64,000 nt of DNA from Leucoraja erinacea. Taxonomy: Eukaryota. Of this stretch, positions 1 to 12,800 are shown piece by piece. The position numbers and the translations under genes are program-made. The DNA is taken from assembly GCF_028641065.1 (NCBI RefSeq), contig NC_073392.1:23684001-23748000 (forward strand), read 5' to 3'. Position 1 is the first letter of the stretch. The number at the start of each line of letters is the position of its first letter. Below the pieces are notes generated by a model. That model was not told the origin of the DNA, searched no databases, and saw only the letters and a list, made by a program, of their open reading frames with translations.

Positions 1-648
1 GTAGATGCTTGTGCCATACCAATACTGGAACATCTTGGCTGGAGTTCCAACTAGCTCTGCAGTAATGCAGCTGGATTTCACCTCATCCAGGAGCTTTTGT
101 TGTATCCAGTGCTCTAAGCCAACATCACATAGAGTGAATGGAATTGGCTGAAGATTGCTCTATAAAGATGGGGATCGCAGAAGGAAGATGGATCATACAC
201 CTGGCACTTGTTGTGGTAAACGGTTAAGAATTTCTCAGCTTTGTCCTCAGTGTACACACTATGACGTACTCTATAACCCCGCGTCACTCCCATTATTGTT
301 GCAGCAGCACCCAAAGCCAGACCCCATTTGTGGGGCGTCATCACATAACACACTGCACTTGGTCCAGTCCATGACCTTGACAATGTCTGACCATAACTCT
401 CAGGATAAGCTCAGCCCAGTCACAACCTTTGGTCGCAGATCCTGGGCTAAATCCAGGAGTGGGCCCAGTTGCCAGGACCTCGCTCTCGCAGTGCATGTTT
501 ACACCTGGCCAGCCAGTCTTGGGTGTCAGATAACCAGCTGCAGGCTGAGCAATGGCTGCCTTTGTTGTGGTGATTACCACCCTGAGATTTGCCACTCCAT
601 GTCAAATCCCGTTTACATATCAAGGCCTCTCGGCGGTAAAGCACATAC

Positions 649-805
649 CCAGGTCCACATCTTCCACCCTCGGCCATTGGGAAAATGGAACATTCTTGTA
701 AAAACCTTCCAGAATCTTCTCCTTTACTTGACTGATGGAGTCACTGTCCATCACCCGGACAGTGATGGAGTCCATACCACATCCTTGGAATGACACGTTG
801 AGATT
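649..805 (-). CDS. plxnd1: plxnd1 exon 27 (Rho-GTPase binding domain start)
   Basis: caacag|[13 protein letters not shown]...WPRVEDVDL|gtatgt, 157 nt, phase 0-1. Confidence 0.95.
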
Positions 806-3800
806 CTGTTGCAAAGGGAGAGATTGGTAATTATTGATGCTGGTTGCAATAGGAGCGTGAGCTGCTTTGTATCGGAGCGTATCATGGACAGATCCCAGGC
901 CTCAGACCCCAGGTGCATCGTGATGGGTGGAGGAGGCAGGCTTGGTCGTGAGCTTCCCCAGAAAGTTTTCACATTGTGGCCATTCACTCCTTCCACTCTA
1001 CATATCTCCTGGCAGTGCAGTAAATGTCATTATCCACTAAAAATACTGATCTCTTTAGTCAGAGATCAGGTAGTTAATCTGTGGAACTCATTGCAACAGA
1101 GGGCTGTGGATGCAAAGTCAGTGGATGTTTTTAAGGCAGAGATAGACAAATTCTTGATTAGAACAGGTGTCAAGGGTTATGGGGAGAAGGCAAGAAAATG
1201 GGATTAGGAGGCAGAGACCAGCCATGATTGAATGGTGGAGTGGATTCGATTGGCCGAATAGCTTAATTCTATTCCTATAACTTGTGAACTTCCTCCCACT
1301 ACTTTTTAAACAGAGCATCGTATCACCTCAGTTTGCATTTGGTGCATTTTACGGTATTTGTACTGATGGGTGGGGATAAAACAGTGGACCCACGGTAATT
1401 AACCTCTAAAAGGATCTCCTGACATCCAGGTAAATGACATACAGAATAAAGTTTAACAGATCATGTGCTTTCTGCAAAAGGTTCTGAATGAGGTATTGAA
1501 ATCATGAAGTATAGAGAAAGAATGTCCCAACTAGCATAAGGATGCAGAATTAAAGAATTAGGATGGAGGCATTGGCAACAGAAGCAGAAGTGACATGAAC
1601 CTTTATCAAGCAGTTCAGATCTAGGATACGCAGTCAGAGGCGGCGTTGGAGGTGGATTTAATTGCAGAGTTCCAAAGGAGGCTGGATAGTGTCTAAAAGG
1701 GAACAAGAGTTTCAGCTACAGGGAGAGGTTGGATACATTTGGATTGCTTTCTCTGGAACGAAGATTGAGGGGAGACTTGATAGAAGTATGTACAATTATT
1801 AGAGGCATAGATAGAGTAGTTAGAACCATTTTCCCCCAGGGTGGAAATATTCAACACTAGAGGCCGTAGCTATGAGGTATGAGGGGAAACGTTTAATGGA
1901 GATGTACGGGGTAAGTTTTTTTTTTTTACACAGAGCGTAGAGGAACGCATTGCTGGGATGATGGTAGAGGCAGGTACAATAGTGGTGTTTAAGTGGCTTT
2001 TAGATGGGCACATGAAGTGCATGGAATTGAGGGATATACAGGCAAATGAGATCAGTTTAACTTGGCATCATGTTCGGCACAAACATTGTGGGCCGAAGGG
2101 CCCGTTCCTGTTCAGGAGCGATGCCAGACTCAGAACGCTGCTGACAAGATATTCCCGGCAACTGCTCTACCACACTGCTCCTCACCGTTGCTTTGGCCTC
2201 AATGTTCTCCCTCAGCAGCCACTCTTCGTTGAGGGTGTAACGAGCCTTGCCGGTGATGGCATCCACTGAACCTTTGTTAATTTGCTGCTTCATTGCACAC
2301 AACAGCAAGAAAAATGGCTCCCCCACGGTTTCCTGCAAGACAGCAATAGAACAGACATGGAAGCCTAAGAGTAGTTCAACATGCAAGTGAATGTGTCGTG
2401 GCAATGTCCACTGCATGGTGCAATATGTCACCGTGTACACTGTCACTGTGTCACGGGATACACTGTCACTGTGTCACGGGATACACTGTCACACGGGATA
2501 CACTGTCACAGGGGATACACTGTCACAGGGTACAATCACTGTCGCTGTGCCGCGAGTCACACAGTGGCCTCTTCGTGCTTTCACTGAGGAGAAGTTCACC
2601 TTGATGACCTTCCATTTTGCATTTGTTTACCTCATGACCACACACAATTCTCCTTGTACCTCTGATGACTGCAGTAACAAAGTCCATGCAGTTAACATGT
2701 TACGCAGACACTATTATTTCCCACCATATTGAGCAGGGTTATAGCCAGAGATGGTAATATGTTGCAGAGGGTCTGGGTAGGTTGGGAGGGTGCGGTGGGA
2801 AGTGATTGAACTTGTTGGTGAATGTCTGAGCAGCAGACCAGAGGGTGCAACCTTTACCTTGAGGAAGCTGTACATGCAGATGGACATCCAGTTGGTCAGC
2901 ATCTTCTCCACCACCGACTCTGTCCTCCGCAACATCAGCTTCGGGTTCTTGGAAGCTGAGGCGTCAATTAGATCCACCAGCAGGTCCTTCATGATACTTG
3001 TGAAGTACTCCAGTTTACTGTGCAGTGCAATGGTCAGCAAGGAAGCTATGTTACACCTGTGAGGAAACAGCTACATTAGGGCCATGCTCAGCCTCCTGTT
3101 TCCCTGCCTCCGGTTCCTGTTCATAGATGGTCAGATGTGGTACTGGGTCACGTAGCCCACTGCTCGAAGCTCCCCTCTCCCATGAAAGCGGGAAATAGAG
3201 GGTCAGATGTATAGACTGATTACAGAAGGATGCTAAAACCTGTCCCATTCCCTGCCATTCTACAGTCCTGAAGCAATACATCATACAAGGTGGCCATCCT
3301 AATTGTTGCAGTTGAGAATCTGTGGAATTTTCTGCCACAGAAGGCAGTGGTGGCCAATACACTGGATATTTTCATGAGAGAGTTAGATTTAGCTCTTAGG
3401 GCTAACGGAATCAAGGGATATGGGGGAAAAGCAGGAACAGGGTACTGAGTTTAGATGATCAGTCATGATCATATTTAATGGCGGTGCTGGCTCGAAGGGC
3501 TGAATGGCCCACTCCTGCACCTATTTTTCTATGTTTCTATCCAGGGAACTATAGGCCAGTGAGCCTCACGCCAGTGGTAGGGAAAGTATTGGAGAGAATT
3601 CTTCAAGATAGGATTGAAAGAGAATGGGCTAATTAGGAAGAGCCAGCATGGTTTTGTACACGGCAGGTCATGTCTCATGAACTTGATTGAGTTTTTTTTT
3701 GTGGCGGTGACCCAGAGATTGAAGGCAGGGTGGTGGATGTTGAATGCATGGATTTTGGTAAGGCTTTTCATAAGGTCCCACATGGTAAGCTGATCCAGAT

Positions 3801-6800
3801 GATTAAGATGTATGGTATTCATGAAGACTTGGTCGTAAGGACTCAGAAACTGGCTTATTCATAGAAGGGTTGTAGTGGAAGGTAGCTATTCTGCCGGAGG
3901 TGTGTGACTAATGGACTTCAAGGATCTGTGCTGGGATCTCTGTTGTTTGTGATATTTATAGAGATGACATAGACATAAATGCGGATGGGTTGGCGAGTAT
4001 GTAGACGACACCAAAATTGGAGGAGTTGCAGACAGTGGGGTATACTGTCAGTGAGGAACTGATACAATGAGGGAGGGGAGCAGTGAGGGAGGGGAGCAGA
4101 GGAAGGATTTGACCTGAAGTGATGTAAGTCAGCTGGGCTGTCAGGTCTCAAGATATAAAGGCGTAAGGTCACGTCCCTATATTCCTATGTGGCTGTGGCT
4201 AGAGTTAACACGGTCCCATACCCCACAAAAAATCATTCTCACACCTGTCTCGCACAGCAAAGTCCTTCTGCTGTTCCAGAGAATGTACAAACGTGATGAG
4301 GAAGTGTTTGTTGCTCAGCAGCATGGAGAACAAGGCAATGCCCTCCTCCATGTTGTGCCGAGAGTTTTCAGGGACCTGAAACAAAGAGGGAGAGCAAGTG
4401 AGTGAGGACTCTGCTCCAAGTCTCCCACACTCCAGTGGGGCACAATGCCTGTATCTGGACAAGTCGCCACAATCCCCCTCCACCCCACAGCCAGGATGTG
4501 CGTTCCGCTCCTGTAAACTGACTGCCCCCCCACAGATTGGCTACCCGCTCACAGGACAAACACAGACCCAGCACACATGTAGACGGTCGTCTGTGCTCTC
4601 CGTCCCCTACAGCCAGATCTCCCACACCCCCACAAGAGGGTCTCAGACCTCTAGAGCTGAGAGTTATGATTCCTGACCAGACCCCCACAAGTACTCAGAC
4701 CAGAAACTGCCAGGAAAGGTTTTGAATACACAACTGCATCTATCTCAGCCCCACAAAACAGCAGACTCATTGGTCCTATCCCAGTGCATTCCCCAGTTGT
4801 GGCTTACCTTCCACTCAAGCTGCAGCAGTGGGTGGGTCTCTGGTCGGTTGCTGGAGATGGTAGCCTCTCTGGACTGGGCATTCAGCTGATGGAAACACTC
4901 GGGGCTTCTGCTTTCACAATCAATTGAACACTGGAATGAAGGATTGGGTTTGGTGAGTCCTGAAATTCCTTTAGGTAACCTGTCTCTCCTGCACGCCATA
5001 TTTCACAGGAACCAAGGGGTGGATTGTTCCAATCCGTCCTCCTGACCCGAGATGTTGGCTGTCCATTCCTTCCACATGTCCTGTCTGACCCATTGAGTTC
5101 CCCCAGCACTGTGATCTTTGCTCAAGATTCATGCATTCAAGCAGTCTCTTGTATCTCTGTTCTCACCCACCACTTACTCTGATTGCTTTCAATTTGTTCT
5201 TAACAATTTATGCCACCCATCGAAATATGGTCTACCAGATCATATAATATTAAAAACATTACCACACATTACCCTAAAACAACTACAACCATTATACCTG
5301 TTATAAATTCGACATCTCCCAGATAAAATAAATCTTGCCAATCATTTGGGAAAAGTGAAAGGGGAAGAGGAGGCAGGTGGAGTGAGGGGGGAAGCTGGCT
5401 ACAGGTTGGAAAGGGTATGTAAGGGTAAGTGAGGGGAAGGGGAGAGACAGAAGGAGGGAAGAGAGAGAATGGGGATATTCAAGGTGGAGTGTGAAAGGGG
5501 GGAGTAGAGAGAGTGGAGGTCCTAGAAATTGGACCACCTATGAATGACATGTTAAACAGGTGCTGCACATGGTGCTAGCTCACAACGCAGTGACAACCCC
5601 CAGCCCTAATAATTGTGAAATTGGTGGGAGAAAGCAGAGTGGCAATGAACACAAATTGACTCACTTTTGGGAAAAAGGTGCGAATGACGAAGTACTTGTA
5701 CTCGAGGAAGGGAATACCCTGGCTCCGGTTTAGCTCCTTGGTGAGGTCAGTCATATCAGTCTGCAACTCAGCAAAACCTGCAGCATAAGAGAAGGGGGGT
5801 AAGTACCTGCCTCTCAACAAAGAGAAACACGTACATCTATGTAGCACCACTTAATATTCCCAGCTTATTGTAGCCAACAGTTGTCTGTATTCTCTGCTCA
5901 TCTCGCAGCCCACCCAACTTCGATTCCCCCTTTTTTCATGCTCATTCCTCTCATTTTGTCCCCTTCCTCCCTTGTCCCTCCCTTTGGCTTTACATTTTTC
6001 TCGTATTCCTTCCTTACCTAACTCTCTTTTGTTTCCTTTACACCTCCAGCTTTGTCACTATCTGCATCCAAGTGCTAATCACCCCCCTTGCCTATATCCA
6101 CCTATCACTTGCCAGACTATCCCCCAACCCCCATCTCTCTTTTCCAGCTTTCTCGCCCTTATTCTATCAGTTAGAACAAGGGTCCTGAGCCAAAACATTG
6201 TCTGCCAATTTCCCTCCAGAGGCTGTCTGAAGAAGCCTGATATGCTGAGTTTCTCCAGCTTTTTTGTATAACCTCCCTCCAGAGGCAGCCTGATATGCTG
6301 AGTTCTAACCCACCACATTACTTGAGGACTACATTTAAGGCAGATTACCATATTGGACCGTATCCTAATTTGCTTCTGTCCATTATTGAAGAGAGAGAAC
6401 TTTGAAGGTGTGCTTTTGACTATGTTGTACTGTTGGACATGCCCACTGGGCTTAACACTATGATTGAAGTTTACTGTTGTGGTTGTCCCATCTAGAAGAG
6501 GTATTGTACATGTATTTTGTTGTCCAGTAAATGGGACCTCTGGTCTGCTCATCCCCAATGGCCGGCAAAGCTCGTACCTTTCCGAATCTCCTCCCTGATT
6601 TGAGCCTCCATCTCTTCCATCTGAATCAGAGTCTTCTGCCAATATCGCTCAGCTCGACGGCTCTTTGTACAGAAGATGACCAAGGCTAGAAAACACAGAA
6701 TAGTTACAAAATGGAGACTATTTACCCGCAGAATCCACATTGGCTCTGCGATCCAGCTGGACTAGCTCCCCTGCCCTCCCCTGCCCACAAAGAGGAGAGT

Positions 6801-9800
6801 TGGATATACAAAAGACATTCCCACCAGTCATGAACAGTTAGTTCAGGTTAGAACACTGGATCATCCCCGGGAAAGAGGGAGCAAGGTGGGAACGCAGGAA
6901 GCCATTCAGCCTGTGAACCAGAATGCAGGAAATAGAGTGAGAAGGGAGGGGGCATGTGTGAGTAAAGGAGGAGGGTAAGTGGGAGTGTAAGAGAGGTGGG
7001 AGTGTGGGGAAAGTGGGAAGTGGGGGGGGGGGGGGGGGGGGGAGAGGAAAGATGGGAGTGAAGAAGGTGAGAGTGAGGGAGAAGTAGGGACAGAGAGGGG
7101 AAGGGGTGGCAGTGAGGAAGGAGGGAGTGAGGAGCAAAGGGAGGTGGGAGTTAAGGAAGAGGGGGAGACAGGAGTGAAGAATGAGAGGAAGTGGGAGCGG
7201 AGAAGGAAGAGATGTTAAAATGAGGTGCAAGGAGTAAGAATGGGAACGCGGGCGTGAGGAGGGATGGGGAAGTGGGAGGGAGATGGGAGTGAGGTAGGAG
7301 GGAGCTGGGAGTGAGGTAGGAGGAAGAGGTGTGAGTGAACGGGGAGGGGGATGTGAATGTGAGAAAACACAACAATAACACAACAAGGAGTTTCTTCCCA
7401 GAGGCAATTCGGACTGTAAACGCCTATCTCACCAGGGACTAACGCTACAGAACGTTTTTCCTTCTATTATTTATTATGTAAAGGAATATGTGTGTTATGA
7501 TTGTGTTTATAATTTGTTTGGTTGTTTTGTTGTTTGTCTTTTGCACAAAAGTCCGCGAGCATTGCCACTTCTTTCATTCCACTGCACATCTCGTATGTGT
7601 ATGTGACAAATAAACTTGACTTGGCTTGACTTGACTTGACTATCTGGACATCTGATATTTGCTTCAGTGCTCCAGTCCTGGAACATTAGTTGCTTCTCTC
7701 TGCAGATGCTGCTCACCCTGCTGTGTTTCCAGTAATATTTACCAACCAGAGGGGTGAATTTCTTACCAATGCCACAAGCCAGCAGCAACAACAGGCAGAC
7801 CACGATCGATATCACGACTGAAGTCGTACTCTCTCCCAGTTGTACCATCGCAATCGTCTCATTGTAATTTCCCACTTGCACCTACAGCAGAGCGCACAAG
7901 AGGGGAAGGTCATGTGAGCAAGGAGGACAAGTGGGAGAGGAAGCTGCTCTTCAGGTCCCTGTGCATAGATTTACCCTATCTATCCCCCTCATGATCTTTT
8001 TTTTTTTTAATGTTTATTTTATTAGATGCAATTGTACAAGAAGAAAGAAATCGACATAACAATTATACAATTTTTATATGACTTCAGTTTTAACATTTTA
8101 TAAACTGATAAGTGAATCGTAAAAAAGTAAAAAGGAAAGAATGAAGAGGAAGAAGAAAGATACGAAAAAGAAAGAAGAAAAAAACCCTGAAAAAGAAATG
8201 AAAGAAAAAAAAAAAGCAGATATGTCCCACTATCCTTCCCTACACACCCGCTCCCCCAACCCGAGCATCAGTTTCGAATTTGTGTTCAACCATTCTGTTG
8301 TTGAACAAATTCAATGAAAGGAGACCATATTTTGGAAAATTGGTCTGATTTCTCAGCCAAAACAAGCCTTATTTTTTCTAAATGTAGTGTCTTGGTCATT
8401 TCTGTGATCCACATCTTCACTGTGGGACTGTTATCTTTTTCCAGAATTTAAGTATAGTTTTTTTCACACCCTCATGATCTTCTACACCTCTTTAAGATCA
8501 CCCCTCATCCTCCTGCACTACAAGGAATAAAATCCTAGCCTGCTCAAACTCTCCCTGTAGCTCAGGCCCTATGTTCTTCAGAGATGTTGCCTAACCTGCT
8601 GAGTTACTTTCTTTCTATTTAAACAATAAGATTTATGCAAATGTTGCTATTGTCCAGTTTCTCTTGTTTGCCATGAACCCAAGCCCTGTGCTGAGTGAGC
8701 AGCAACGTATTCACTTCCATCAACTCTCCCAGTGCTCCACTGTGCAGTGTCTGTTCCCCGTGACAGCCCACAGTCCAGCAGTCACCTCATGCCTGAAGAC
8801 TTGCACCAAGTGAGGGTGATGAGGCTAGGAGAGGTGGGAGTGTGGAGGAAGTGGGAGGTGGGAGGAGGTGGTTCAAACACGGTCGCTCTAACTTTCTCTT
8901 GCTTACCGTGACAGGCAACTGCTGTTCATTAGAATCGATCGACACATTCATGGTGCAGTGAATCTTTCTCTTAACAACGTAGATGTCACAAGGAAAAGGG
9001 CCAATCGTCACTTTGTATTCCTCAGGAGCCAAGTTCAAGTTGTCTGGTATCTTCTGTGAAAGGAGAAAGTTAGCAATGAAAGATGTGGGGAAATAGTCAT
9101 TGGCCAGATGCAGTTATGAATCAGGGAGAAGAGAGTGATGGGGCAGAGAGCAGAATGCAGAGAGAGCAAGGCAGACATGAGATGATGTGTAGCCTTTCTC
9201 CTCCCTCTGTTTGTCAATGAGGGAGGAGAGAAAGGGCAGATATCTGAAGAAGGGTCTCAACCCAAAATGTCACCTATACCTTTTCTCCAGAAATGCTGTC
9301 TGACCCGCTGAGTTACTCCAACTATTTGTGTCTTAGATTTCTTGTCTAACTCTATGATCAGAGACAATACCTCATCTGATTCTCCCCTCTCTCAGGCAGG
9401 TTTCCAGGGCAATTATCAGGAGGAGGAACCCTGGATAATACTTCTCTCTTGCTCAATGCTATCATGCCAGTTGGTTGGGAGCAGGGATCCTGCCTGTCTG
9501 TCTTCCTAGACAATGATAAAACACAGCAGGACGATTCAGGATTCATTGATCAGAAAGAGAAGGTGGTTGCACAGGAGACACAAAAGCCAGAATCTGGCTC
9601 AAAAAACAAATTGTTGGAGGAAACGCTCAGCAGATCGGGCAGCATCTGTGGAGGCAAATAGATAGTCAACATTTTGGGTGAGAGCATGCCTGAGAATGTA
9701 GAAGGGAGAGAGCTAGGATAAAGAGGATAGATAGGTGATGTGTGGAACAGTGAAGGGGTGGAGATGGGCAAATGGAGCCAGGGGGAGGAGGGGAGAGTTT

Positions 9801-12800
9801 ATAGGGAGAGATAATGCAGGTGATAAATGTAAACAGAATAAGAAAAAAACATTAGCAGATGAAACCAGATGGGACAAGGAGGGTGAAGGTAGAGACGGAG
9901 GTTACAATGTGATGGGTGGACCAGATAAGGGAGAAATGATGGGAAATGGAACCAGGTAGGAAAGGGTAGTCACCGTGAGGGGGGGGAAACAGATATGTAG
10001 GCAGATTTGCGAAATATGCCAAAGTGGCAGGGTTGTCTTCGTGTGTGACTTTAAACATCTGACTGGAAATTGACTGGAAATTGCTCCATGGACCTGTGGA
10101 GTGAAAGTGTGGACCAGGCGAAGATGGAAATGGGATGGTGTCTTTACGGAAGACAGGATGGGGGGAGGTGGAGTCGAGTTAGTGGGTTTACAGTAAATTT
10201 CAGTGGACAGATTATATCCTGTAATGGAGATTGGGAGATCCAGAAAAGAGAGAGAAGTGTGAGAAATGGTCCGTGGATTTGACGGCAGGAGGAATGTTCA
10301 CAGCAATGTGGAGTTCCACACACAGAAGATGTCGGGTGGATTTCGAACAGCGCATTAATGATGGATGTGTGTTGAATAAATGTGTCAAGGCTAGTTGCAA
10401 GGATCACTCACCTCAATCACCAGAGTGAGAGGCTCTCCCTGATGGTGCTTAATCAACTTCTCCTTGCGGGAGAACTGTGGATCGTTGAAATATTTCATGG
10501 AGAACCCTGGGCTAAGTTTCTGATAGAGAATCCCATTGATATAGAAATTAATGATCACTGTGGAAACCGAATAGGCTGGAGATGGACAGATGAGAACAGA
10601 ATCATTCACGACTTCACATGTCTGAAAAACAAAAAGAAAATTTGTCTCATTAAAAGTACAACTAGTTTCTTTACTTCGCACACCTGCATGAATAGGAAGA
10701 AAGATGAAACACTTATAATTTGTGGCTGAACCTGTGAGTGTGTGGTTGGAAAAGATGTAGCAGGATCACACAGGTGCTGGAGTTTTTGAAATGTATTCTT
10801 AAAGGAGCCTGTGAACTGAGAGTCAAGAGTATTTTATTGTCAAATGTCCCGAAACACAAGATGAAATTCTTACTTGAAGCAGCACAACAGATATGTCAAC
10901 AAAATAACCGAGGTTCAGGCAGTGATGATATTGTATCGTCCATAAAGTGAGCACAAGCATGGGATCTACAACATTACCCAGTGTAGGCTCAGCATTATCC
11001 AGGTAGGTCTTAGCTCCATGGCAACTTCAGGTCAAGAAAGTGCCGAGCTGCAGGAAGATAAAGGGTATGGCACACAGGATGCTGGCTTAAAGAGCACAGG
11101 CGTAGAATCTGTTTGCTGTCATTGTAGTGTCACAATATAGCGGTCAATAGCTTGCGTGAAAGCAGAGCAAGAGTCAGAGAGTCATACAGCATTAAGAGTC
11201 CCTTCAGTTTGCCATGTTTATGCTGACCATGCACTCATTTATGAGCATTTGGTCCGTAGCCTACTGTGAAGCCAGAGGAGACCTCATGATGTAGTGTCAG
11301 AGGTTAAAGATGTCTGTGAATACCTCTGCCAGCTGGTCCACCCTGAAGACAAGACCAGGGACTCCATTTGGACCAGTTGCTGTCCATACATTCACTCTCA
11401 GGAAGGCTGATCTTACACCTGCCACTACAACCGTTGGTACAGACGTACCCAAGAATGACGGAATGGGTGGCATTCCTTAACCACCCTTTCTCAATATGAC
11501 CCTCCCCATACAATAAGGTCACAGGTGCTAGAAAATAAAAGGGATGTGTACTCCATCAAAACAAAGCCTCTGAGCTTTAACCTCACAAAGGCAATTTTAA
11601 AACCTTATGCTCTGCACCAGTTCCACATCCATAGCTTGATCCATTGGAAGCACAAATTCAGGTTGTACACACACTTCATATTGATGTCAAAACTATCCCA
11701 GTTGACTTGAATATCAATGTAAGAAAAGTTCAGATATTTATTTTCAACTAGAATAAGAAACTCACCGACTGAGCCCATCCAATTAGTTTAACCATCATGA
11801 CGACATTCTGTATCAAATTGAAACGCTGGCCTTTTACTGTGATCTTCCGTCCACCACTGCAGAGAAAGCAGGATGTTACTATACAGTTATAGTGACTTGT
11901 ACTTCAATGACACGGGAACCCAAGTTCTGCAGCCTGATGCTGTGGTAACTGATATCAGTCTGACATCAGCCTACAAGACAGTTACAGACCAGCACCATGA
12001 TACAAGAGCGACTGACTGATACCATAAACACAGGCAAGGAGACCTGCTTTTGATTAGCACCTTCTGCTCTTCTGCAGATGATGAATAGAGTCATAGAGTG
12101 ACACAGTGTGAAAACAGGCCGTTTGGCCCAACTTGCCCTCACCGGCCAACATGGCCCAGCTACACTAGCCCAACCTGCCTGTGTTTGGTCCATATCCCTC
12201 CAATCTATGCTCTTCATGTTGAACAACCATATGTAAGAAGCACTGATAATAACAAGGACACAGAACATACTCATTGTAGGGACTTCGAGGTCCATCACCA
12301 AAACCCGCTTACCAGCACCATCACTACCTAAACTAACCATCCTGAAGGTCTGCAGTAGATAGTGAGCAAATCAACAAGAGATACAAACATATTTGACTTA
12401 ATTGTCACCAATCTTTGCGTGAGAGATTCCTGTGTCCAGTGCAGCATTGATAGATTGATAGACTCATCCCCTGATATGCCAAGGCCTTTCCACAAACTAA
12501 AAGCCTCAAATCAGGACCTGATGGAGCTTCCCTCCATTTGCCTGTATGTGCAGCTCCAATGGTTCTTAGGAACACGCACATTATCCAAACCATAGCATCC
12601 TGCATAGATTCCCCATCCACTACCATAGATGCCCACTGGCTATAGTCTATCCTATCCACAGAATGTACTGGAATGATTAGTAAAAGAGTCATACAACACA
12701 GAATCAGGCCCTGCGGCCTAACTTTTTCATGCTGACTGAGATGTCCCATATATGGTAATCCACCCACGCTTGGCCCATATCATTCCGAACCTTTCCTTTC

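Noticed and set aside
1-648. Expected plxnd1 exon 28
   Set aside because: No matching peptide with splice sites found; it probably lies beyond the left edge.
155-793. 212-aa + strand ORF
   Set aside because: Antisense to exon 27 and its intron; no recognisable domain.
2436-2533. CRISPR-like appearance of this and other short repeats (also 53895-54110, 21750-21935)
   Set aside because: Contiguous tandem units without unique spacers, in vertebrate intronic or intergenic DNA, with no cas genes.
6079-6642. 187-aa minus-strand ORF
   Set aside because: Overlaps exon 21 in the wrong frame and runs into repeat sequence.
6838-7407. 189-aa Pro/Leu/Ser-rich ORF
   Set aside because: By-product of the polypurine low-complexity tract.
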